Below are positions 19,916 to 27,867 of a DNA stretch of 64,000 nt, piece after piece (position 1 is the stretch's first letter; every line of letters starts with the position of its first letter). The stretch spans positions 83,234 to 147,233 of the forward strand of contig JBAYVA010000002.1 of assembly GCA_041674805.1 (NCBI GenBank), read 5' to 3'. The translations under genes were made by a program, and so were the position numbers. This DNA comes from Candidatus Magasanikiibacteriota bacterium (GTDB lineage Bacteria > Patescibacteriota > Patescibacteriia > Magasanikbacterales > UBA922). Below the pieces are notes generated by a model that made no database searches, was not told the origin of the DNA, and saw only the letters and a program-made list of their open reading frames with translations.

Positions 19916-21283
19916 TTAATGATTATGACCTGTATGATCTTCGTGATCTTCTTCTGCCATGGCATGTCCGTGAGAATGTTCTTCATGCTTATGTCTTTCA
20001 CCTTCTACTAATTTATCTGCCAAAAAGTTTACAACTTTTTTATTTAATAGCATGTTGTGAATAGAATCAAGTACTTCTGGTTTTTTCAAATTTTCTAGAT
20101 ACTCAGCAGTTTCTTTGTAGTATTCACGTAGATTTTTTACTTCAGCATCTAATTCATCTTTGGAAATAGTTAGACTGTGTGCTAGAGCTACTTCACGAGA
20201 AAGCAATGAAGCTTTGGCTCTATCAGTTGCTTTGTTTCTAAAATCTTCTTGTAATTCTTTTTCATTTTTTTTGATGTCTTGTAAATATTGTTCAATTGTT
20301 ACACCATGTTTTTCTAAATCATGTTGTAATTCATAAAACATTTTTTTGAGTTCAGCTTCTACTAACACTTCTGGAATTTCTTCAAATTTAGTTTCTTTGA
20401 TCAATGTTTCAAACATTTCTATTTCAGCTATTTCATCAGCTTTGTGTTCAGCTTCGTGAGTCAAATTTTCTTTGATTAGGTCTTTTAATTTGTCTAAACT
20501 TTCTTGTCCTAATACTTTGGCAAAAGCATCGTCTGCTTTTGGTATTTCTCTACCAAAAACTTCTTTTACTTTTACTTTGAATTTGCCAGTTTTACCAGCT
20601 AATTGTGCACTATAATAATTTTTTGGAAAAGGTAAATCAAATTCTTTTTCATCACCTTTTTCTAAACCAATCAAAGCATCATTGAAACCAGGGATATGTT
20701 GATGATCTTCTGATAAATAAACATTGTAATCAATAGCCTGTCCACCTTCTACTGGTACTCCATCCAAAAACAAATTCATATCTATAACGATCTTGTCTTC
20801 TTTTGTTGCTTTGCCTTTTTTGATTACTTCTTTTGCTTGCATTTTTAATAAATTATCAATAGTTTCATTTACTGATTGATCATTTACTTCTTTGACTGTT
20901 CTTTTTATTTTGATTGATTCTAATTTTGGTAATTCAACTTTTGGTAACAAAGCTACTTTGGCAGAATAAACTAAATCATTAGCAGGTGCCATTTTTTGAA
21001 TATTGATATCTGGCATGCCAATAGTATTTAATTTTTCAGCTGTTACAGTTTGATAAAAACTGTCTTGGATAATATCTTCCAAAGCTTCTTGCAAAAGTTT
21101 CATTTCACCTACTTCTTGTTTGACCATTTCAAAAGGAGCTTTGCCTTTGCGGAAACCTCTAATAGCTACACGATTTGAAATAGTAGTAGCTGCTTTTTCT
21201 AAATGTTTTTGATAATCTTTTGGACTAACTGTAATAGTAAGTTCAATTTGTGATTTTTCTAATTTTTCTATTTTGTGTTCCAT
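19916..21283 (-). CDS. tig: Trigger factor with a histidine-rich C-terminal tail
   Basis: 455 aa. Ribosome-binding signature GFRKGKAP and a central FKBP-like region. The final about 28 aa are GERHKHEEHSHGHAMAEEDHEDHTGHNH. Confidence 0.9.
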   Translation of the reverse strand: MEHKIEKLEKSQIELTITVSPKDYQKHLEKAATTISNRVAIRGFRKGKAPFEMVKQEVGEMKLLQEALEDIIQDSFYQTVTAEKLNTIGMPDINIQKMAPANDLVYSAKVALLPKVELPKLESIKIKRTVKEVNDQSVNETIDNLLKMQAKEVIKKGKATKEDKIVIDMNLFLDGVPVEGGQAIDYNVYLSEDHQHIPGFNDALIGLEKGDEKEFDLPFPKNYYSAQLAGKTGKFKVKVKEVFGREIPKADDAFAKVLGQESLDKLKDLIKENLTHEAEHKADEIAEIEMFETLIKETKFEEIPEVLVEAELKKMFYELQHDLEKHGVTIEQYLQDIKKNEKELQEDFRNKATDRAKASLLSREVALAHSLTISKDELDAEVKNLREYYKETAEYLENLKKPEVLDSIHNMLLNKKVVNFLADKLVEGERHKHEEHSHGHAMAEEDHEDHTGHNH

Positions 21284-21298
21284 ACTTTATTTTTTAAA

Positions 21299-21337
21299 AC
21301 GCGGAATTACGCGGACTTTTACGCGGATAGACGCGGA
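21299..21337. repeat. Four direct copies of ACGCGGA (spacing 10, 12, 10 nt) in the tig leader
   Basis: Copies at 21299-21305, 21309-21315, 21321-21327 and 21331-21337. They read TCCGCGT on the tig coding strand, and the nearest copy is 16 nt from the start codon. Confidence 0.85.
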
Positions 21338-21382
21338 AAGTGACCAAAATAATGCGTTTATTTTTGATTAAAAAGTGGCTAT

Positions 21383-21411
21383 AATATAGCTTGTTTTGCT
21401 TGAAATGTCAA
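21383..21411 (-). promoter_or_regulatory. Promoter of tig
   Basis: On the minus strand: TTGACA (21411-21406), 17-nt spacer, TATATT (21388-21383). Confidence 0.65.
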
Positions 21412-21417
21412 CTGTTG

Positions 21418-21460
21418 GCAAGCAGAGTAAGCAAAGTAAGCAGAATAGGCATAATAAGTT
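21418..21460. repeat. 43-bp element (copy A) upstream of the tig promoter; an inverted copy lies at 24970-25012
   Basis: The reverse complement aacttattatgcctattctgcttactttgcttactctgcttgc matches copy B at 39 of 43 positions. It contains three tandem YTGCTTRC-type units. Confidence 0.85.
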
Positions 21461-21461
21461 T

Positions 21462-21490
21462 TTGACGAGGATATTTTTTGGTGTTATTGT
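21462..21490 (+). promoter_or_regulatory. Candidate promoter of the GC-rich mini-gene
   Basis: TTGACG (21462-21467), 17-nt spacer, TATTGT (21485-21490). Confidence 0.45.
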
Positions 21491-21508
21491 TTGTTGCGGA
21501 GGTGAGAA

Positions 21509-21646
21509 ATGAAAGAATTTCTTGAGACCCTCATCGGCATTCTCGCTTCCCTTTTTTGGGGAGCGGTGTTCGCCGTTTTCCTCTTTGATGAGGAAGCGGC
21601 GGCGACCTTCCTGCGAGGGGAGGTCAAATATGTCACGGGGGTTTGA
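21509..21646 (+). CDS. 45-aa single-TM peptide, GC3-rich (candidate foreign mini-gene)
   Basis: Not in the ORF track. GGAGGTG Shine-Dalgarno 5 nt upstream of the ATG. Translation is MKEFLETLIGILASLFWGAVFAVFLFDEEAAATFLRGEVKYVTGV. Codons end mostly in G/C, unlike surrounding genes. Confidence 0.4.
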   Translation: MKEFLETLIGILASLFWGAVFAVFLFDEEAAATFLRGEVKYVTGV

Positions 21647-21696
21647 AAAGGAGGGCGGTCCGGGCGTACGTGCGCGGACCAAACTCATAAATTAAG

Positions 21697-21729
21697 ACCG
21701 TTTTTCTTTATTGAAAGACGGTTTTTTTT
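21697..21729 (+). terminator. Rho-independent terminator after the 45-aa mini-gene
   Basis: Stem accgtttttc / gaaagacggt (one mismatch), loop tttatt, then a T8 run. Confidence 0.6.
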
Positions 21730-21784
21730 GACAGTTCATTTTTTTGTAGTAGTTTTTAAATATCTTCCACGGAAGGAGGTGGTT

Positions 21785-21976
21785 GTGGGTGGTGAGAGCC
21801 CCTTTCATACGCTGATCCAGTGTCCAAACTGTAGGCGTTATACGGACTCAAGAGAGTTCGAAACGCTGACAAAAGATGGGGGAGAGTACAAAAAGTGCCC
21901 ATATTGTGGGTGGTCACATCTTGTGTCTATGCCCTCGGCGTACTTTAAGTATAGGAGGGACGATGGAATTAATTAG
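21785..21976 (+). CDS. 63-aa zinc-ribbon protein (CPNC..x21..CPYC), GC3-rich
   Basis: GTG start 6 nt after AGGAGG (21773-21778). Translation is VGGESPFHTLIQCPNCRRYTDSREFETLTKDGGEYKKCPYCGWSHLVSMPSAYFKYRRDDGIN. The track ORF 21728-21976 has an implausible AT-rich N-terminal extension from TTG. Confidence 0.5.
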   Translation: MGGESPFHTLIQCPNCRRYTDSREFETLTKDGGEYKKCPYCGWSHLVSMPSAYFKYRRDDGIN

Positions 21977-21996
21977 GTAAGGGGTGGGGAAGGTGG

Positions 21997-22034
21997 ATGC
22001 GCGCGACTTCTACGAAAGTGGTTGTCGTGCGCGT
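21997..22034 (+). other. GC-rich 11-bp stem-loop downstream of the zinc-ribbon gene
   Basis: atgcgcgcgac (21997-22007) pairs with gtcgtgcgcgt (22024-22034, including two G:U pairs) around a 16-nt loop. No T-run follows directly. Confidence 0.55.
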
Positions 22035-22065
22035 TCGTTCAAATAAAAAATAAAATTTTAAAATT

Positions 22066-22097
22066 AAAAAAACACTCTCAAATTGAGAGTGTTTTTT
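22066..22097. terminator. Bidirectional terminator shared by the GC-rich island and hppA
   Basis: Stem acactctca / tgagagtgt, loop aat, flanked by A- and T-runs. Confidence 0.75.
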
Positions 22098-22119
22098 ATT
22101 TCAGTTTAAATCAATGCTT

Positions 22120-24108
22120 TTATTTTAACAAACCAATTATGAGCAAAGCCACAATGTTAGCCACTTTGATCATAGGATTGATTGCAGGGCCAGCTGTGTC
22201 CTTGTAAGGGTCACCTACAGTGTCACCAGTGACAGCAGCTTGATGTGCAAAACTTCCTTTACCACCGTGATTGCCTTCTTCAATATATTTTTTTGCATTG
22301 TCCCAAGCACCACCACCAGTAGTCATAGAAATTGCGACGAATAGACCGGTGATAATAGTACCAACAAGCAAACCACCAAGAGCAGCAGCACCCAAGAAAT
22401 AACCAACTAAGATTGGAGCTACAACAGGGATAACTGCTGGTAAAATCATTTGACCAATAGCACCTTTAGTTACTATATCTACTGTTTTGGCATAGTCAGG
22501 TTTGGCTTGACCTTCCATAATACCTTTGATTTCACGGAATTGTCTGCGAACTTCTTCTACTACACTACCAGCTACTTTACCTACTGATTGCATTAGTAAT
22601 GAACCAAATAAGTAAGGAAGCAAACCACCAATAAATAAACCTGTCAAAACTTTTGGATCATCAATTCTAAATACTGTACTGATACCTTCTGCATCAAGTT
22701 TGTGTGTGAAATCTGCAAATAATACTAGAGCAGCTAGAGCAGCTGAAGCGATAGCATAACCTTTGGTAACAGCTTTTGTGGTGTTGCCAACAGCATCTAG
22801 CGGATCTGTAACATTTCTAACATCTTCTCCAAGTTCTGCCATTTCGGCGATACCACCAGCATTGTCAGTGATAGGTCCATAAGCGTCGATTGCTACGACA
22901 ATACCAGTAAGAGAAAGCATAGACATAGCAGCGATAGCTACTCCGTAAAGTCCCATGAAGTGATAAGCTACAAGCATACCGGCGACAATAGCCAATACTG
23001 GCAAAGCAGTTGATTTCATGGATACTGCTAGACCTGTGATGACATTGGTACCATGACCTGTTTCACTAGATTTTGCAATTTGTTTTACAGGAGCATATTT
23101 GGTTGAAGTATAATATTCAGTAATCCAAACCATAGCACCAGTAAGTACGATACCAACTACAGTTGTCCAGAAAACATCAGCAGTAGTCGCATTTAAATCA
23201 GCAGCGTAGTGTCTACTCAAGAAAAAGAAACCAATTATTGAGAAAAGGCCAGACATTATTAGACCTTTGTACAAAGCTCCCATGATGTTGTTCTTTTTGC
23301 CAAGTCTGATGAAGAAACTTCCAAAGATTGAAGCAATAATAGAAATAGCTCCAAGCATAAGAGGAAACATAATACCTGCAGTAGTACCAACAAAAGTAAG
23401 TCCACCAAGTACCATCGCAGCGACAGCTGTTACTGCATAAGTTTCAAACAAGTCAGCAGCCATACCAGCACAGTCACCGACGTTGTCACCGACGTTGTCA
23501 GCAATTACAGCTGGATTACGAGGATCATCTTCTGGAATACCTTTTTCTACTTTTCCAACTAAATCAGCTCCGACGTCAGCAGCTTTGGTAAAAATACCAC
23601 CACCGATACGAGCGAATATTGAGATAAGACTACCACCGAAAGCTAATCCAATAAGAGCATCTAGGTCTTTGGTCAATAAATAAAAACCAGCAACTCCCAA
23701 AAGTCCAAGACCAACTACGAGTAAACCAGTAACAGTACCACCTTTGACAGCTACATCTAAAGCAGCTTTTAAACCTTTTTTGGCAGCTTCAGTAGTACGA
23801 ACATTGGCTTTGACAGATACATTCATACCTACAAAACCAGCAATTCCAGAGAAAAGAGCTCCAACTAGGAAACCTAGTCCAGTCATCCAGCCTAAAGTTA
23901 GTCCAAGAACCAAGAAAACAAGGATAGCTACATAAGAAATAGTCTTATATTGGCGAGCCAAATAAGCTTTGGCACCTTCTTGGATAGCGCGAGCAATATT
24001 TTGCATGCGTTCTGATCCTGTAGGCTGTTTGTTTATCCATTGAATTAAAAAGATACCGTAACCAATCGCCAAAACGGCTGGTCCGATAAGCAGTAGTGTT
24101 GTTAGCAT
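22120..24108 (-). CDS. hppA: Membrane-bound ion-translocating inorganic pyrophosphatase
   Basis: 662 aa, polytopic. Contains GGG(I/L)[35 protein letters not shown] and GDTVGDP motifs. Codon third positions are A/T-biased like host genes. Confidence 0.95.
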   Translation of the reverse strand: MLTTLLLIGPAVLAIGYGIFLIQWINKQPTGSERMQNIARAIQEGAKAYLARQYKTISYVAILVFLVLGLTLGWMTGLGFLVGALFSGIAGFVGMNVSVKANVRTTEAAKKGLKAALDVAVKGGTVTGLLVVGLGLLGVAGFYLLTKDLDALIGLAFGGSLISIFARIGGGIFTKAADVGADLVGKVEKGIPEDDPRNPAVIADNVGDNVGDCAGMAADLFETYAVTAVAAMVLGGLTFVGTTAGIMFPLMLGAISIIASIFGSFFIRLGKKNNIMGALYKGLIMSGLFSIIGFFFLSRHYAADLNATTADVFWTTVVGIVLTGAMVWITEYYTSTKYAPVKQIAKSSETGHGTNVITGLAVSMKSTALPVLAIVAGMLVAYHFMGLYGVAIAAMSMLSLTGIVVAIDAYGPITDNAGGIAEMAELGEDVRNVTDPLDAVGNTTKAVTKGYAIASAALAALVLFADFTHKLDAEGISTVFRIDDPKVLTGLFIGGLLPYLFGSLLMQSVGKVAGSVVEEVRRQFREIKGIMEGQAKPDYAKTVDIVTKGAIGQMILPAVIPVVAPILVGYFLGAAALGGLLVGTIITGLFVAISMTTGGGAWDNAKKYIEEGNHGGKGSFAHQAAVTGDTVGDPYKDTAGPAINPMIKVANIVALLIIGLLK

Positions 24109-24149
24109 ACTCTACTTTATAAATTAAAAATAAATGAATTAATAGGTAG

Positions 24150-24178
24150 ATTATAGGGAAAAAGGGTTGAAAAGTCAA
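24150..24178 (-). promoter_or_regulatory. Near-consensus promoter of hppA
   Basis: On the minus strand: TTGACT (24178-24173), 17-nt spacer, TATAAT (24155-24150). Confidence 0.7.
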
Positions 24179-24190
24179 GGGAACTTAGTC

Positions 24191-24223
24191 AAAAGTCTAT
24201 AAAGTTCGTAAAGTTGAAAGTCG
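24191..24223. repeat. Tandem TAAAGTY 8-9-mers immediately upstream of the hppA -35 box
   Basis: aaaagtct ataaagtt cgtaaagtt gaaagtcg. The same ATAAAGTT unit builds the 1782-1841 hairpin and occurs at 17233-17240 next to the DnaA boxes. Confidence 0.6.
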
Positions 24224-24253
24224 TTTAAAAAACAAAAAATAGTCTTTTTAGGA

Positions 24254-24898
24254 CTATTTTTTAATTTGGATAAGTTTGGCTAGTTGTTTTTGGCTTATTT
24301 TCAATAGATCTTCTAGTTTCGTTTCTTTATTTTTCTGTAAATAATTTTTTACCAGGAAATAGCCTATTACTCTACCTATATATGCAGGTTTGCTTTTGGG
24401 ATTATGAAACCATTTGGCAGGGTTGTAATCTTTTAGCTTAAAAAATCTTTTATTTTTGTTTATCAGGTCTTCAACTTCATTTTTGTTTAATTCAAAATTT
24501 TCGGTTAGGGCGAATTTGGTAATTGTTTTTTCAAAGTTTAGGGCCACGCCGTGCAGTAATATTTCTTCTAATAGTGTCTTAGGAAAGCCAAATTTCTGGT
24601 AAATACTGAGTAAATAAAGATCATTAGAAACAGGGCGTCTGACGTATTGTTTGAGATATTTTTTGAATTTTTTGTGTTTGGTGTCAAAAGTAACAGCTAG
24701 TACATTGTCGTTTATTATTCTGGTTTCCACAGCGCTACCAACACGAGTTCCGTCCTCCATAACTAAAATATCAACATTCTTAGTGTCAAGATATTTGGAA
24801 ATTTGTTTCAATACCAAATCAAACTCTTTTTTTAGTCGGGTGTTATAGGGTTTTAGCAGAGGGTTAGCTTGGAGAATGTGGAGGTGGATGTTTTTCAT
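24254..24898 (-). CDS. Hypothetical protein (214 aa)
   Basis: Long ORF with host-like composition and its own terminator hairpin (about 24239-24262). No motif recognised. Confidence 0.5.
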   Translation of the reverse strand: MKNIHLHILQANPLLKPYNTRLKKEFDLVLKQISKYLDTKNVDILVMEDGTRVGSAVETRIINDNVLAVTFDTKHKKFKKYLKQYVRRPVSNDLYLLSIYQKFGFPKTLLEEILLHGVALNFEKTITKFALTENFELNKNEVEDLINKNKRFFKLKDYNPAKWFHNPKSKPAYIGRVIGYFLVKNYLQKNKETKLEDLLKISQKQLAKLIQIKK

Positions 24899-24969
24899 AA
24901 ATATATAGATAAAGTAATTAAAGTATATCTCTTTGTCTTTGTCTAGTCAAAAGCTAATAATTTTAAGGT

Positions 24970-25012
24970 AACTTATTCTGCCTATTTTGCTTACTTTGCT
25001 TATTTTGCTTGC
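24970..25012. repeat. 43-bp element (copy B) upstream of polA
   Basis: aacttattctgcctattttgcttactttgcttattttgcttgc, followed by tatgtTACAAT. Inverted relative to copy A (39/43 identity). Confidence 0.85.
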
Positions 25013-25042
25013 TATGTTACAATATACTGGATAATAAAAATT

Positions 25043-27766
25043 ATGACAGAAACAAAAGAACAAAATTTTAAAAAACTAGTAATAATTGACGGTAACGCCA
25101 TTGTTCACCGTGCTTATCACGCCCTACCACCCATGCGAGTAAAAGATGGTAGTATGGTAAATGTAGTTTATGGTTTTGCGTCTATGTTGCTCAAGATTAT
25201 CAATGATGTGAAGCCAGAATATTTGGCTGTGAGTTTTGATGTGGCAGGTGGTACTTTTCGTGATGAAATTTTTGCTGATTATAAAGCCACACGTGTCAAA
25301 GCGGATCAAGATTTATATGATCAATTTCCTCTTGTTTATGATTTAGTTAATGCTTTCAATATTCCTATTTTTACCAAAGAAGGATTTGAAGCTGATGATG
25401 TTATTGGTACTTTGGCGTTCGATGTTGCAGGGATACGAAATACAAAAAATACAAAATTACGAAATGTAAAATCGTTAATTGTGACAGGAGATAAAGATTT
25501 ATTACAGTTAGTAGATGATAAACATAATATCGAAGTGATGTTGCTTAAAAAAGGCATGTCAGAGTTTGAAAGTTGTAATGAGCAAGGTGTAATAGATAAA
25601 TTTGGTTTTGGTCCAGACATGATAATTTCTTACAAATCTTTGTGTGGCGATGCTTCTGATAATATCCCGGGTGTCAAAGGTATTGGAGATAAAACAGCTA
25701 CAGGTTTGATAATTCAAATAGGTAGTATTGATAAAATTTATGAAGAATTAGAAAATAAGTCTTCTGATATTTATGAAGAATTTAGTTCTTCAGTAATAAA
25801 TAAATTAATTGAACAAAAAGAAAGTGCTTTGATGAGTAAAGACTTGGCTACTATTCGTACTGATGTAGAAGGAATTGATTTTGATTTGGAAAAAGCCAAG
25901 ACACAAGATTTTGATAGAGAAAAAATAGTATCTCTTTTTCAAAAATTTGAATTTTATTCTTTGATAAAAAGATTGCCAGGTTCAGAAAATGTTTTAATAC
26001 AAAAAAACAAAAAAACAAAAAATAAATTACAATTATCAAAAAAAATAATTAGAGTAGATGAAAAAAATGTTGAAGAATTAATAAAAAATATTTTGCAAGA
26101 GAAATATTTTGTAGCCAAAGAAATTATGTTAGATGATAATATTTTTGCTTCTAATAATTTTTCTCTTTTGATTTCTACTTTGAAAGAAAACTATTTTTTT
26201 GAAAATATAAATTCAAAAGTATTCAAAATTTTTGAAAATGAAAAAATATTTTTTGTAGGGCATGATTTGAAAAATCTTATCAAACTTATTCAATTACAAA
26301 AAATTGAAATAAAAAATAAGATTTTTGATACGATGATAGCTTCTTATATTTTGAATTCTAGTACGAGAGCTCATGATATCAAGTCAGTTTGTTTGCGTGA
26401 GCTTGGCAAAGAGATTTTGATTTTGGATGCACAAAAAAGTTTGTTTGGTATAGACCCTAAAAACACTTTGGAAGAAATACAAGCTACTTTGGAAGTATAT
26501 ACTATTTATCGAGAAAAATTGAAAATAGAAAAAAATGAAGATTTGTATTTTGATATAGAAATGCCATTATTGAAAGTACTGGCTGAAATGGAGTTAAATG
26601 GTATTGCGATAGATGTAGATATGTTGAATGATTTGTCACAACAAGTAAATAAGACTTTGGGAAAACTGGAAAAACAAATTTGGGAAGAAGCTGGTGAAGA
26701 ATTTAATGTAGCTTCATCTGTACAGTTGCGTGATATTTTGTTTGATAAAATGGATTTACCTACTCAAGGTATCAAAAAAGGTAAAACTGGTTATTCTACT
26801 GCTGCAGCTGAATTGGAAAAATTGCGAGATTTCCATCCGATTATTTCTTATATAGAGGAATTTCGTGAATTGGAAAAATTGCGTAATACGTATATAGATG
26901 TTTTACCAAATTTACGTAATCAATTGACTAATAGAATTCATACTACTTATAATCAAACAGTAGCTTCCACAGGACGTCTTTCTAGTTCTGATCCAAATCT
27001 GCAAAATATTCCGATTCGTACTGAACTTGGTAAAAAAGTTCGCGAAGTTTTTATAGCTGAAAAAGGTAATGCTTTGATTGCCGCAGATTATTCACAAATC
27101 GAATTGCGTGTGGTGGCTTCACTGGCAAAAGATGAAAGAATGATTGAAATTTTCAAAAATAAACAAGATATTCATACTGCTACAGCGGCTGCTATCAATG
27201 GTGTTGATCTAAAAGATGTAACTAAAGAAATGCGTCGGGCTGCCAAAGAAGTTAATTTTGGAGTTTTGTATGGTATGGGTGCTTTTGGTTTAGCTTCTCG
27301 TACTGGTATTAGTCGTTATGATGCTCAAGAATTTATAGATAAATATTTTGCAAATTTTTCTGGTGTAAAAAAGTATATGGAAAATATTTTGAAACAAGCA
27401 GAAGAAGATGGTTTTGTAGAAACATTGTTTGGGCGTCGTCGTTATATTCCAGAATTACACTCTAATAATTTTCAATTACGTTCTTCAGGTGAAAGAATGG
27501 CAGTAAATATGCCAGTTCAAGGTACTGCAGCAGATATTATGAAACTTGCTATGATTGCAGTTAGTAATAAAATAAATATCAAAAAATATGAAAACAAAGT
27601 AAGATTGTGTTTGCAAGTACACGATGAATTGGTATTAGAAGTTAGTGAAGATTTGAAAGATGAAATTGCTGAATTAGTAAAACACGAAATGGAAAATGTA
27701 ATGAAATTAGAAGTACCTCTTGATGTAGAAGTAAATGTTGGTTATAGTTGGGGACGTCTTAAGTAA
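25043..27766 (+). CDS. polA: DNA polymerase I
   Basis: 907 aa with an N-terminal 5'-nuclease domain. Polymerase motifs are DYSQIELRV, RRAAKEVNFGVLYG and QVHDELVLE. Confidence 0.95.
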   Translation: MTETKEQNFKKLVIIDGNAIVHRAYHALPPMRVKDGSMVNVVYGFASMLLKIINDVKPEYLAVSFDVAGGTFRDEIFADYKATRVKADQDLYDQFPLVYDLVNAFNIPIFTKEGFEADDVIGTLAFDVAGIRNTKNTKLRNVKSLIVTGDKDLLQLVDDKHNIEVMLLKKGMSEFESCNEQGVIDKFGFGPDMIISYKSLCGDASDNIPGVKGIGDKTATGLIIQIGSIDKIYEELENKSSDIYEEFSSSVINKLIEQKESALMSKDLATIRTDVEGIDFDLEKAKTQDFDREKIVSLFQKFEFYSLIKRLPGSENVLIQKNKKTKNKLQLSKKIIRVDEKNVEELIKNILQEKYFVAKEIMLDDNIFASNNFSLLISTLKENYFFENINSKVFKIFENEKIFFVGHDLKNLIKLIQLQKIEIKNKIFDTMIASYILNSSTRAHDIKSVCLRELGKEILILDAQKSLFGIDPKNTLEEIQATLEVYTIYREKLKIEKNEDLYFDIEMPLLKVLAEMELNGIAIDVDMLNDLSQQVNKTLGKLEKQIWEEAGEEFNVASSVQLRDILFDKMDLPTQGIKKGKTGYSTAAAELEKLRDFHPIISYIEEFRELEKLRNTYIDVLPNLRNQLTNRIHTTYNQTVASTGRLSSSDPNLQNIPIRTELGKKVREVFIAEKGNALIAADYSQIELRVVASLAKDERMIEIFKNKQDIHTATAAAINGVDLKDVTKEMRRAAKEVNFGVLYGMGAFGLASRTGISRYDAQEFIDKYFANFSGVKKYMENILKQAEEDGFVETLFGRRRYIPELHSNNFQLRSSGERMAVNMPVQGTAADIMKLAMIAVSNKINIKKYENKVRLCLQVHDELVLEVSEDLKDEIAELVKHEMENVMKLEVPLDVEVNVGYSWGRLK

Positions 27767-27826
27767 GCACCTAATCACTTTATCACTTAAATACTTTTTT
27801 ATTTTTAAAATAACCAACCTACGGTC

Positions 27827-27844
27827 ACATCCGGAACATCCGGA
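27827..27844. repeat. Tandem ACATCCGGA x2 upstream of holA
   Basis: acatccgga (27827-27835) and acatccgga (27836-27844), 23 nt before the holA ATG at 27868. Confidence 0.8.
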
Positions 27845-27867
27845 TTATCTGTATATCAGGATTGTTT

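Noticed and set aside
21368-21688. 106-aa minus-strand ORF in the track spanning the tig promoter region and the GC-rich block
   Set aside because: It runs through the tig promoter and the 43-bp repeat. Its translation is low-complexity (LLCLFCLLCLLCL, PGPPSFSNP). It is antisense to a plus-strand mini-ORF that has a proper Shine-Dalgarno and GC3 periodicity. It was judged spurious.
21460-22040. The GC-rich island as RNase P RNA, tmRNA, SRP RNA or 6S RNA
   Set aside because: One stretch, GGAGGGCGGTCCGGGC, superficially resembles the RNase P P4 strand GAGGAAAGUCCGGGC. However, it lies at the wrong end, and the other conserved regions (ACAGAA.C.GGCUUA and so on) are absent. There is no tRNA-like 3' end or tag ORF ending in LAA for tmRNA, and no GGAA-tetraloop helix-8 motif for SRP. 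The clear G/C third-position periodicity favours coding DNA. An Rfam scan is still advisable.
22022-22207. Track ORF 22022-22207 (+), 61 aa
   Set aside because: It spans the GC-rich hairpin and the bidirectional terminator, and it is antisense to the hppA 3' end. It has no ribosome-binding context.
21418-25012. The 43-bp inverted repeats as transposon ends or an invertible promoter switch
   Set aside because: No transposase or recombinase lies between them, and I saw no target-site duplication. Both promoters lie outside the repeats, so inversion would not change promoter-gene connections. A shared upstream regulatory module is the simpler reading. The pair is kept as a finding, but not as a mobile element.
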